Assembly: GCA_963813235.1 (NCBI GenBank)
Contig: CAWEYF010000029.1
Location: 1,782 to 65,781, forward strand
Length of the DNA: 64,000 nucleotides
Direction: 5' to 3'
From: Candidatus Aminicenantes bacterium
GTDB taxonomy: Bacteria; Acidobacteriota; Aminicenantia; Aminicenantales; Saccharicenantaceae
In this document: positions 48,121-56,268 of the stretch, piece after piece
Layout of the letters: each line of letters opens with the position of its first letter
Position numbering within the stretch: the first letter of the stretch is position 1
Translations under genes and position numbers: made by a program
The notes under the pieces: generated by a model
Seen by the model: the letters and a program-made list of their open reading frames with translations, nothing else
Databases searched by the model: none
Told to the model about the DNA's origin: nothing

Positions 48121-48659
48121 ATGTCAAAACGCACCGTTCATCTTTTGATCCTGGCCGTCTTCGCCCTGTCCTTCGTGTCGGCGGGCTTCGCCCAGCAGAC
48201 GGGGAAGATCGGCGTCATCAATTCCCAGGTGGTCCTCGAGAAATCCGTGGAGGGCAAGAGGGTCATCGCCCAGCTCCAGGACAAGGACAAGAAGGGTCAG
48301 GGCGACCTCACCCGCTGGACAACGAGATCAAGGCCCTCGAGACCAAGCTGAGCACCCAGCGGCTGACCCTGACCGAGGAAGCGGCCCTCCAGATCAACTC
48401 GGACCTCGAGAAGAAGAGGACCGACCAGAAGAGGCTTTCCGAGGACGCCGTCCGAGAGATCCAGGAGCTCCAGTACCGACTCTTCAACAAGGTCCAGGGC
48501 GAGCTCATCCCCATCATCGAGGGCCTGGGCAAGGAAAAGGGGATGGACGTCATCTTCGACCTGGCCAAGAGCGGTGCCGTCTACGTCAATCCGGTCATCG
48601 ACGTGACCGACGAGATCATCCGCCGTTACGACGCGTCCAAGGCGGCCCCGGCCAAGTGA
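48121..48659 (+). CDS. skp: OmpH/Skp-family periplasmic chaperone (one frame change at ~48313)
   Basis: Signal peptide, then KIGVINSQVVLEKSVEGK. The second frame gives a coiled-coil body (LDNEIKALETKLSTQRLTLTEEAA...QELQYRLFNKVQGELIPIIE). The position after bamA is canonical. Confidence 0.82.
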
Positions 48660-48666
48660 CGTTGCC

Positions 48667-49119
48667 GTGATCTCCATCGAAGAGATCCTGAAGAATCTCC
48701 CTCACCGGTTCCCGTTCCTTCTCGTGGACCGGGTGAAGGAGATCCACCCGGGCCGGTCCATCGTCGCCATCAAGAACGTCAGCATCGACGAGCCGTTCTT
48801 CCAGGGGCACTTCCCCGACCGGAAGATCATGCCCGGGGTCCTGATCGTCGAGGCCATCGCCCAGGCGGGAGGGATCCTGCTGTTCCATTCGATCCCGGAT
48901 CCCGAGCGCAAGTTCGTCGTGCTCAGCAAGATCATCGACGCCAAGTTCCGGAAGCCCGTGGTCCCCGGGGACCAGCTGAGGCTCGAGGCCGAGATCGTGA
49001 AGCTCAAGACCAAGTTCTGCCACCTGAAGGGCCGGGCGACCGTCGACGGGGAGGTGGCCGCCGAGGGGGAGCTGGTCGCCGGTCTCCTCGACCTCGAGGA
49101 CGTGAATGGGCTCCCCTGA
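48667..49119 (+). CDS. fabZ: 3-hydroxyacyl-ACP dehydratase FabZ
   Basis: 150 aa, GTG start. LPHRFPFLLVDRV...EPFFQGHFPDRKIMPGVLIVEAIAQAGG. Confidence 0.93.
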   Translation: MISIEEILKNLPHRFPFLLVDRVKEIHPGRSIVAIKNVSIDEPFFQGHFPDRKIMPGVLIVEAIAQAGGILLFHSIPDPERKFVVLSKIIDAKFRKPVVPGDQLRLEAEIVKLKTKFCHLKGRATVDGEVAAEGELVAGLLDLEDVNGLP

Positions 49120-49930
49120 CGTCGTCATCCACCCCGCCGCGACCGTCCACCCGAAAGCCGAACTGGACGCCGGCGTCCGGGTCGGCCCCGCCTGCGTCGT
49201 CGGGCCCGACGTCCGGCTGGGGAAGAATACGGTTTTGGAATCCCACGTTTCGATCATCGGGACGACCGAGGTCGGGGCCGATTGCCGGTTCGCGCCCTTC
49301 GTGTCCGTCGGCACCGAGCCCCAGGACCTCGGTTACAAGGACGATCCGACGATGGTCCGGATCGGCGACGGCAACGTCTTCAAGGAATTCGTCTCCGTCA
49401 ACAGGGGAACGGTCAAGGGCGGCGGGGTCACCCGGATCGGCGACCGCAATTTCGTCATGGCCTACACCCATATCGCCCACGACTGCCAGGTCGGCAACGA
49501 GATCGTCTTCACCAACAACGCCACGCTGGCCGGTCACGTGGTCGTCCAGGATTATGCCATGCTCTCCGCCTTCACCGGGGTCCATCAGTTCTGCCGGATC
49601 GGCCGGTACGCGTTCACCGGCGGGTTCACCGTCATCACCCAGGACCTTCCCCCGTTCTGCAAGGTCGCGGGAATGCGCCCGGTCCGGATCTACGGCCTGA
49701 ACAGCGTCGGCCTGAGGCGCCGGGGGTTCTCCGCCGAGAGGGTCCGCGCCCTGCGGAACATGATCAAGATCCTGTTCTACTCCGACCTCAACACGACCCA
49801 GGCGCTGGAAAGGATCGAGGCGTCCTTCCCCCCCGGAGAGGACCGGGACGAGCTGGTCGGCTTCGTCCGGTCGTCCCGTCGGGGGATCATCAAGAAGGCG
49901 TCCGAGAAATGGGACAGCGAATCGGAATAA
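49106..49930 (+). CDS. lpxA: Acyl-ACP--UDP-N-acetylglucosamine O-acyltransferase LpxA
   Basis: 274 aa. Left-handed beta-helix hexapeptide repeats, MAYTHIAHDCQVGN, and a C-terminal helical domain (NSVGLRRRGFS). Confidence 0.92.
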   Translation: MGSPDVVIHPAATVHPKAELDAGVRVGPACVVGPDVRLGKNTVLESHVSIIGTTEVGADCRFAPFVSVGTEPQDLGYKDDPTMVRIGDGNVFKEFVSVNRGTVKGGGVTRIGDRNFVMAYTHIAHDCQVGNEIVFTNNATLAGHVVVQDYAMLSAFTGVHQFCRIGRYAFTGGFTVITQDLPPFCKVAGMRPVRIYGLNSVGLRRRGFSAERVRALRNMIKILFYSDLNTTQALERIEASFPPGEDRDELVGFVRSSRRGIIKKASEKWDSESE

Positions 49931-50751
49931 TCGCGGGCTCCGGAGAATTCCCCCTCCTCGCCGTCGCCGAAGCGCGGCGGCGGGGTCTCGAAGCGACCGT
50001 CGCGGCGGTCCGCGGCGAGGCCGAGGAAACGCTCGGGGACGCGGTCCCCGACGCCGCCTGGTTCGGGCCGGGCGAGCTCGTCGGACTTCTCGGTTTCCTC
50101 CAGAGCAGGGGGATCGCCGAGGTCCTCATCGCGGGGAAGGTCCGCCCGGAGTCCGTGCTCCGGCCCGGGGCCGCCGATCCTGCCGCCCTCCGCGTCCTCG
50201 ACCTGGCCGGTGGGGCGAGCCCATCCAAGCTGATCGGAAGCCTCATCGCGTTCCTCGAGAAGCAGGGGATCCGCGTCTTGGACCCCTCTCCCTTTCTCGC
50301 GGACCAGCTCTTCCCGCCCGGGGTTCTGACGCGGACGCGGCCGTCGCCGGCGGTCCTGGCTGACATCGGACGCGGGTTCGCGGTCGCCCGGACGCTGGCC
50401 GACCTGGACGCGGGCCAGACCGTCGTCGTCAAAGACGGCGCGATCGTCGCCCTCGAAGGGGCCGAGGGGACGGACCGGACTATCCGCAGGGGAGGCGAGC
50501 TGGCCGGGCCCGGGACCGTCGTGGTCAAGGTCGCCCGCTCGAACCAGGACCCGAGGATCGATCTCCCCGGAGCCGGCCTTCAAACTGTCCGGAGCCTCAT
50601 CGAGGCCCGGGCCGCGGCGTTCGCTTTCGAAGCCGAAAAGGTCGTCCTCTTCCGGAAGGACGAGTCCGTGGCCGCGGCGGACGAGCACGGGATCGCCCTC
50701 GTCGCGACGGTCCCTTCCGGCGAGCGGCGGGACCCAAGGAGCGGAACATGA
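49909..50751 (+). CDS. lpxI: UDP-2,3-diacylglucosamine pyrophosphatase LpxI (DUF1009)
   Basis: 280 aa. IGIIAGSGEFPLLAV...GAEGTDRTIRRGGEL...VVVKVARSNQDPRIDLP matches the LpxI family. It lies directly after lpxA. Confidence 0.8.
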   Translation: MGQRIGIIAGSGEFPLLAVAEARRRGLEATVAAVRGEAEETLGDAVPDAAWFGPGELVGLLGFLQSRGIAEVLIAGKVRPESVLRPGAADPAALRVLDLAGGASPSKLIGSLIAFLEKQGIRVLDPSPFLADQLFPPGVLTRTRPSPAVLADIGRGFAVARTLADLDAGQTVVVKDGAIVALEGAEGTDRTIRRGGELAGPGTVVVKVARSNQDPRIDLPGAGLQTVRSLIEARAAAFAFEAEKVVLFRKDESVAAADEHGIALVATVPSGERRDPRSGT

Positions 50752-51662
50752 ACAGCATCAGAGTGGGCATCGTCGGCGTCGGCTATTTGGGCACGCAGCA
50801 CGCCCGCATCCTGTCCTACCTCGAGGAGGCCGATCTCCAGGCCGTGGCCGACATCGACTTCCAGAAGGCCCTCCAGATCGGGAACCGCCACGGCGTCCGG
50901 TACTTCGAGAACTATGAGGATATGATCGACGAGATCGATGCCGCCGTCGTGGCCACCGACACGTCCGCCCATTTCAAGGTCTCGGAGAACCTCCTCCGGC
51001 ACGGCAAGCACGTTCTGGTCGAAAAGCCGATCACCGAGAACGTCGCGCAGGGAGAGCGCCTCGTGGAGCTCGCGGCGAAGAATAACCTCATCCTCCAGGT
51101 CGGGCACCTCGAACGGTTCAACCCCGCCGTGGAGGCGGTCGAGAACGTGATCTCCGACCCGCGGTTCATCGAAGTCCAGAGGCTGGGGTCGTTCTCGGCC
51201 CGGTCGCTCGACATCGACGTCGTCCTCGACCTCATGATCCACGACCTGGACATCATCCTGGCCCTGATCAAGGAGGAGGTCGTGGCCATCAAGTCCTCCG
51301 GCATCCACGTGGTTTCCGAAAAGACCGATATCGCCAACGCCAGGCTGGAGTTCAAGTCCGGGTGCGTGGCCACTCTGACCGCCAGCCGGGTCCATCAGGG
51401 AAAGGTCCGCAAGCTCCGCATCTTCGAGCCGACGTCCTATTATTCGATCGACTACATCGACCAGGAGGTCAAGGTCTTTCCCCTCGACGGCCGCCAAACC
51501 GACATCAAGACCCTGAAGATCCAGAAGGACGAACCCCTCAAGAGGGAGCTAAAGAACTTCCTGGAATGCGTCGGCACGGGAAGGATGACCAAGGTCAGCG
51601 GCGAGGAGGGCCTGAGGGCCCTGAAGCTGGCCTACGACGTCATCCGCGAATCGGGGGCCTGA
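50748..51662 (+). CDS. Gfo/Idh/MocA-family NAD(P)-dependent oxidoreductase
   Basis: 304 aa. IRVGIVGVGYLGTQHARIL and HVLVEKPIT motifs. ATGA overlap with lpxI. Confidence 0.85.
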   Translation: MNSIRVGIVGVGYLGTQHARILSYLEEADLQAVADIDFQKALQIGNRHGVRYFENYEDMIDEIDAAVVATDTSAHFKVSENLLRHGKHVLVEKPITENVAQGERLVELAAKNNLILQVGHLERFNPAVEAVENVISDPRFIEVQRLGSFSARSLDIDVVLDLMIHDLDIILALIKEEVVAIKSSGIHVVSEKTDIANARLEFKSGCVATLTASRVHQGKVRKLRIFEPTSYYSIDYIDQEVKVFPLDGRQTDIKTLKIQKDEPLKRELKNFLECVGTGRMTKVSGEEGLRALKLAYDVIRESGA

Positions 51663-51668
51663 CGCCGG

Positions 51669-51818
51669 TTACCGGACGACCTTGACCGGCCGCCCCGGGG
51701 GCGGCACCGCGTCGGCGGCGAGCCCGTTCATCACCGCGAATCGGGGCCACAGGTTCTTGTTCATCCCCGCGAACAGGCAGACCGAGATCAGGCCGGAAAG
51801 GGCCGCCCGTTTCGCCAT
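51669..51818 (-). CDS. Candidate 49-aa small membrane/secreted protein (not in the ORF track)
   Basis: My own reverse-strand translation gives MAKRAALSGLISVCLFAGMNKNLWPRFAVMNGLAADAVPPPGRPVKVVR. GGGAGG lies 7 nt upstream of the ATG. GC3-rich codons match the genome. The ORF starts 16 nt after the stop of the upstream LolA-like gene. Confidence 0.4.
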   Translation of the reverse strand: MAKRAALSGLISVCLFAGMNKNLWPRFAVMNGLAADAVPPPGRPVKVVR

Positions 51819-51834
51819 CAACGGGCCTCCCGCG

Positions 51835-52569
51835 CTACCGGGTCATCTGGAACAGCGAGTCCTCGAGGCCCGAATTGTATGAGATCTTGGTCAGGGTCAT
51901 CCGGGCGAATTCGGCGCCGTCCTGGAGGATGGTCATGGAATGGGCCACCATGGCGTCGCCTTCCTTCCTGTAGTCCCCGAAGATGGTCTCGCTTTGGACC
52001 TCCCCGCCGCCCATCTGGGCCAAGGTCGTCGTTTTGGACCTGGCCATGAGATAGGTGTCCGGGTCGAGATAGAGCGTGCTCTTGTGGCCGTCCGACATGG
52101 TCTGTTCGAGAACCAGGCAATCCTTGTCGCCAGCCTTTTCTTTGCCCTTATAGACGTAGGTGATCCCGTACTTCGCCGGGTTGAGGAGGCTGTCGTTCCC
52201 CAGGGCCTGACGTTTGAACTCCTTGTTCATGTTCTCGTCCATGTCCTGGGCCGCCCCGGTCTGGGGATTGAGGTACCAGCCCTTCTGGCCGTCGAAGGCC
52301 TGGGTGATGACCATGCCCATGACCTCGATATCCATCCGCATCAGGTTGGGTTCCTTCTGATACATGGTCAGCGTGGCGTTCATGCCCTGCTGGATGAGCT
52401 CCATCGTGCCCGAGACGGTCGTGTCCTTGAAGCTCTCGAGGACCTTGCGGCCTCCCTGGGCCTCGATCATCTTTTCCAGGACCTGACCGGCCTCCTGGCC
52501 GTATCCCATGACCGGAAGTGAAGAGATGACGAAGGCCCCGGCCAAGGCCCAGATGAGCGTCTTTTTCAT
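51835..52569 (-). CDS. Secreted LolA-fold-like / outer-membrane lipoprotein-sorting-like protein
   Basis: 244 aa with a signal peptide (MKKTLIWALAGAFVISSLPVMGYG). Size and sequence pattern resemble the LolA-like sorting protein family. The functional call is weak. Confidence 0.5.
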   Translation of the reverse strand: MKKTLIWALAGAFVISSLPVMGYGQEAGQVLEKMIEAQGGRKVLESFKDTTVSGTMELIQQGMNATLTMYQKEPNLMRMDIEVMGMVITQAFDGQKGWYLNPQTGAAQDMDENMNKEFKRQALGNDSLLNPAKYGITYVYKGKEKAGDKDCLVLEQTMSDGHKSTLYLDPDTYLMARSKTTTLAQMGGGEVQSETIFGDYRKEGDAMVAHSMTILQDGAEFARMTLTKISYNSGLEDSLFQMTR

Positions 52570-52737
52570 GGTTCCTCCCTACGCGTCACGCGTTCTCATT
52601 ACAGGAATACGTCAATTCTATCGAAAAATCCAAGAAAAGTGAAGCCGCGGGGCGATTCCCGGATTGATTTTTCCGGCCGTTCCGTTCCACAATGATGCCC
52701 GTGAACGACGAGCCGGGCATGAAAAGGAGCTGACGCG

Positions 52738-53820
52738 ATGAACATCCGATCCGTTGCCTACCTCGAATGGGCCAAGGCCAGGCCCGCGGCCGCCGTCAAC
52801 CTGAGCTTGAGCGGGCTCGCGGGTCTTGCCCTGTCGGACCTCGGAATTGATTGGAGCGATATGGCCCTCAACGGGGAACATCCCTACGGTTACCCCCCCC
52901 TCCTTGAAGCCATCGCGGCCAGGCACCGCACGGACGTTCGCAACGTCTGCCCGACGCTCGGGGCCTCCCAGGGAGTCTTCTCCGTTTGCGCGGCCCTCGT
53001 CGGTCCGGGAGACGCGGTCCTGGCCGAAAAGCCGGCCTACGAGCCTCTCCTGGCCGTGCCCCGCCTGCTCGGGGCGGAGGTCCGGAGATTCGAGCGAAGG
53101 TTCGAGAACGGGTACCGCGTCGACCCCGACGAATTCCGTTCCTCGCTCGGGGCCGGGACGAAGCTCGTCCTGATGACGAACCCGCACAATCCGAGCGGGG
53201 TCGCCCTGTCCAGGGAAGAGATCCGCGCCCTGGCGGCGATCGCCGGGGACAAGGGGGCGACGCTCCTCGTCGATGAGATCTACCTCGAATTCCTGGAGGG
53301 GGAGGCGGCCGGGACCTCGTTCGGCGCGGCCCCAAATATCGCGGTCACCTCGAGCCTGACCAAAGTGTTCGGGCTGAGCGGGCTTCGTTGCGGCTGGGTC
53401 CTCGCCCATGACAGGCTCGTTTCGGCGCTCCGGAAGCTCATGGACCACCTGTTCGTGGAGCAGGTCTTCATCGGGGAGCAGGTCGCCGCGAAGCTCTTCG
53501 CCCGGCTCGATAGGATGAAGGCGGCGTTCAGGCCCCTCGCCGAATCGAACTTTCGGACCGTCCGGGAGTTCATGGGGGAAGAGGACGCGCTGGAATGGGC
53601 GGAGCCCTCGCCCGGGCTCATCGCTTTTCCCAGGGTTCGCGGCGCCATGGACGCCGGCGAGCTGGCGCGACGGCTTCTCGAGGATCACGGAACGCTCGTC
53701 GTGCCGGGCCGATTTTTCGAGGCCCCGCGCCACTTCCGGCTCGGCTTCGGGATTCCCGCGGTCGAACTGAAGCGGGGACTGCATAGCCTCCGGGCGGTGC
53801 TCGGGGCGATGAACGGGTAA
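52738..53820 (+). CDS. Class I/II pyridoxal-phosphate-dependent aminotransferase
   Basis: 360 aa. LVLMTNPHNPSGV, LLVDEIYLEF, and SSLTKVFGLSGLRCGW with the PLP lysine context. Confidence 0.85.
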   Translation: MNIRSVAYLEWAKARPAAAVNLSLSGLAGLALSDLGIDWSDMALNGEHPYGYPPLLEAIAARHRTDVRNVCPTLGASQGVFSVCAALVGPGDAVLAEKPAYEPLLAVPRLLGAEVRRFERRFENGYRVDPDEFRSSLGAGTKLVLMTNPHNPSGVALSREEIRALAAIAGDKGATLLVDEIYLEFLEGEAAGTSFGAAPNIAVTSSLTKVFGLSGLRCGWVLAHDRLVSALRKLMDHLFVEQVFIGEQVAAKLFARLDRMKAAFRPLAESNFRTVREFMGEEDALEWAEPSPGLIAFPRVRGAMDAGELARRLLEDHGTLVVPGRFFEAPRHFRLGFGIPAVELKRGLHSLRAVLGAMNG

Positions 53821-53824
53821 GGGT

Positions 53825-54025
53825 CTAGCTGGGCTCGGAGATATTATAGCGGGAGATCTTCTGGTAGACGGCCGTCCGCGAGATGTCCAGGATGCGGGAG
53901 ACGAGGGTGACGTTGTGCCCCGTGATCCCGAGAAGGTAAGCGATGTAATCTCTCTCGAGATCACGGAGTGTCGGAAGCTCCGGGGCATCCTTGGCCGTTT
54001 CGAGATAGGTATCCAAATAACTCAT
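53825..54025 (-). CDS. Stand-alone Fis-type (HTH_8) DNA-binding protein
   Basis: 66 aa from the ATG at 54025 (the ORF extends to 54070). LRDLERDYIAYLLGITGHNVTLVSRILDISRTAVYQKISRY is the HTH_8 motif of sigma-54 activator C-termini. Confidence 0.7.
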   Translation of the reverse strand: MSYLDTYLETAKDAPELPTLRDLERDYIAYLLGITGHNVTLVSRILDISRTAVYQKISRYNISEPS

Positions 54026-54330
54026 GACACCGATTTCTCTGCAAGAGAAGGGCCAAAATCCCCTGAACATCGTAAGTAATAGAAAAAAAACGGAAAACAG
54101 ACATGACGGCCCTCCTTGAAAGATGATTATAATGTTTAATAACAGGACATATTGCCTATTCCATAATATGGATAACCTTAATATTAAATAATATACGAAA
54201 ATTTATCGAATTGTGACCCGAAATAGGTCAGTAGGAGCCGAACGAAGGGGAGCCCGTCCTCGGCGGGCGGCGGAGAACGCCGGACCCGCGCCTCCTACAG
54301 GCAGCCCCGTCGTATGTCCGCATTCCCGGG

Positions 54331-54359
54331 TTGACGGCGGGGTTCGAATGCGCTATAGA
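54331..54359 (+). promoter_or_regulatory. Possible sigma-70 promoter giving a leaderless or near-leaderless GGDEF mRNA (TTGACG-N17-TATAGA)
   Basis: -35 at 54331-54336, a 17-nt spacer, and -10 at 54354-54359. The ATG at 54368 is only 8 nt downstream of the -10 and has no Shine-Dalgarno sequence. Confidence 0.35.
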
Positions 54360-54367
54360 TTTCCTAC

Positions 54368-55618
54368 ATGGGCCAGGAACGCGACCGATACCTGATGATC
54401 TTCGAGGTCATCCCCAACCCCTCGTTCATCCTCGATGTCGGGAACAGGATCGAGAACATCAACAACGTCGCCTTCGAGCTGTTCCGCGACCTTCTGCCGA
54501 CGGGAGTCGATTATTACGGCAAGGCCCGGCTCGACGATGTCCTGCCGTGGATCCGGGAGGACCTGGACGCGTTCGTGACGGGCGAGGCGCTCGAGGAGAG
54601 CTTCGAGAAGGACGTCGAAACCCGGCGCGGGCTCGTCCATTTCCAGATCAAGCTCAAGCGGATGCTCGACCTATACGAAAAGTTCGTCGGGACGATCGTC
54701 ATCCTCAACGACGTCTCCTACCTGAAACTGGCGGAGAGGACCGTGGCCCGGGCCCGGGATTTCTACCTGACCCTCTTCGAAGAGTTGCCGACCCTGATCT
54801 GGAGGGCCGAGCCGGAAGGCCGGTTCGATTACTTCAACCGGGCCTGGCTCCAGTTCACCGGGAGGACGGTGGACGAGGAGGTTGGCGACGGCTGGATGCA
54901 GGGGGTCCACCCCGACGATCTCAAGCGGTTCGGGGACGTTTATTCCGAGGCCCTCGAGGCGCGGAAACCGTTCGAGACGGAATTCCGGATCCGGCGGCGC
55001 GACGGCCGGTTCCGCTGGATGCTGAACGTGGGCCGGCCCTTCAACAACCTGGACGGGGATTATGCCGGCTTCCTCGGGTCCTGCTACGACATCACCGAGA
55101 GGAAGACCCATGAGCAGGACCTGTTCTATCAGGCCACGCACGACCTGTTGACCGGGCTCCCCAACAGGCGCGTGATCGAGACCGATCTGCCCCGCGTCAT
55201 CTCCCGGACGGGGCGCGACGTCGACAGCGCCGTCCTCGTTCTGGACCTCGATCGGTTCAAGAACGTCAATGACGCTCACGGCCACGGCGCCGGCGACAAG
55301 GTGCTCGTCGAGCTGGGGATCTTGTTCCGGAAGCTGATGCGCGGGGGCGACCTCCTGACGCGGCTTGGCGGGGACGAATTCGCGGTTCTCCTCGAGGACA
55401 TCGACCTTGCCGGGGCCGAAAAGTTCGCCCAGAGGCTCTGCGAGGCCGTCGCGGGCCACGCGTTCATCCCGGAGATGGGCGACTCCCGGCTCAGTCTCAG
55501 CGTCGGGCTGGCCATCATCAAGGAACACGAAATCCCCGGGGAGGTGCTGACCCGGGCCGACAGGGCCATGTACCGGGCCAAGGAGCTCGGGGGAGGCCGG
55601 ACCGTCGTCGCCGACTGA
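54368..55618 (+). CDS. PAS-domain diguanylate cyclase (GGDEF)
   Basis: 416 aa. PAS core (FEELPTLIWRAEPEGRFDYFNRAW...GWMQGVHPDD...FRIRRRDGRFRWM) and a GGDEF domain with RLGGDEFAVLL. Confidence 0.9.
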   Translation: MGQERDRYLMIFEVIPNPSFILDVGNRIENINNVAFELFRDLLPTGVDYYGKARLDDVLPWIREDLDAFVTGEALEESFEKDVETRRGLVHFQIKLKRMLDLYEKFVGTIVILNDVSYLKLAERTVARARDFYLTLFEELPTLIWRAEPEGRFDYFNRAWLQFTGRTVDEEVGDGWMQGVHPDDLKRFGDVYSEALEARKPFETEFRIRRRDGRFRWMLNVGRPFNNLDGDYAGFLGSCYDITERKTHEQDLFYQATHDLLTGLPNRRVIETDLPRVISRTGRDVDSAVLVLDLDRFKNVNDAHGHGAGDKVLVELGILFRKLMRGGDLLTRLGGDEFAVLLEDIDLAGAEKFAQRLCEAVAGHAFIPEMGDSRLSLSVGLAIIKEHEIPGEVLTRADRAMYRAKELGGGRTVVAD

Positions 55619-55644
55619 GCCGGGCGGGGAAAGGAGAGCCTAGA

Positions 55645-56268
55645 ATGAGAAAGACGTTTTCAGCGCTTCTGATGTTGGCGTGGGTATCCGTGATCGGACC
55701 CGTCGCCGCCCGCGCCGAAGTCACGGGATTCGGCGTCAAGGCCGGGGTCGCCATGTCCAATATCTTCGGCCGGGACGTTTACGACCAGAAGTTCCGGGCG
55801 GGGTTCAGCTACGGGGTTTTCATGACCTACGGATTTGGCCGGGCGTTCGCCGTCCAGCCGGAACTGCTGTTCGTGATGAAAGGGTCGAAGTACATCAACG
55901 GAACGGGCGCGGACGCCTACCGGGAGACCATGAGCCTCGAATACGTCGAACTGCCGATCCTTGCCAAGCTCTATCTCCCCCTTTCCCGGGCCTTCAAGGT
56001 CCACGTGTTCGCCGGCCCGGCGCCGGCCCTGAATATCCGCGCCCGGGTCAACGCGAAGTTCGCCGGCGAGTCCCAGGAGGAAACCCTGGACAATATCAAG
56101 GGTGTGGATATCAGCCTGGTCGGCGGGGCCGGGATCGAGATCCCTGTCGGGCGCGGCCGGATCACGTTCGACGCGCGTTACACGGCCGGGTTGACGACCC
56201 TGTCCAAGGAACCGTACGATGACATCCGGAACGGCGCGGTGTCCTTCCTCTTCGGGTACATGTTCTAG
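55645..56268 (+). CDS. Outer-membrane beta-barrel protein (porin family, OMP_b-brl_2-like)
   Basis: 207 aa. Signal peptide, alternating strand pattern, and C-terminal FLFGYMF. Confidence 0.75.
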   Translation: MRKTFSALLMLAWVSVIGPVAARAEVTGFGVKAGVAMSNIFGRDVYDQKFRAGFSYGVFMTYGFGRAFAVQPELLFVMKGSKYINGTGADAYRETMSLEYVELPILAKLYLPLSRAFKVHVFAGPAPALNIRARVNAKFAGESQEETLDNIKGVDISLVGGAGIEIPVGRGRITFDARYTAGLTTLSKEPYDDIRNGAVSFLFGYMF

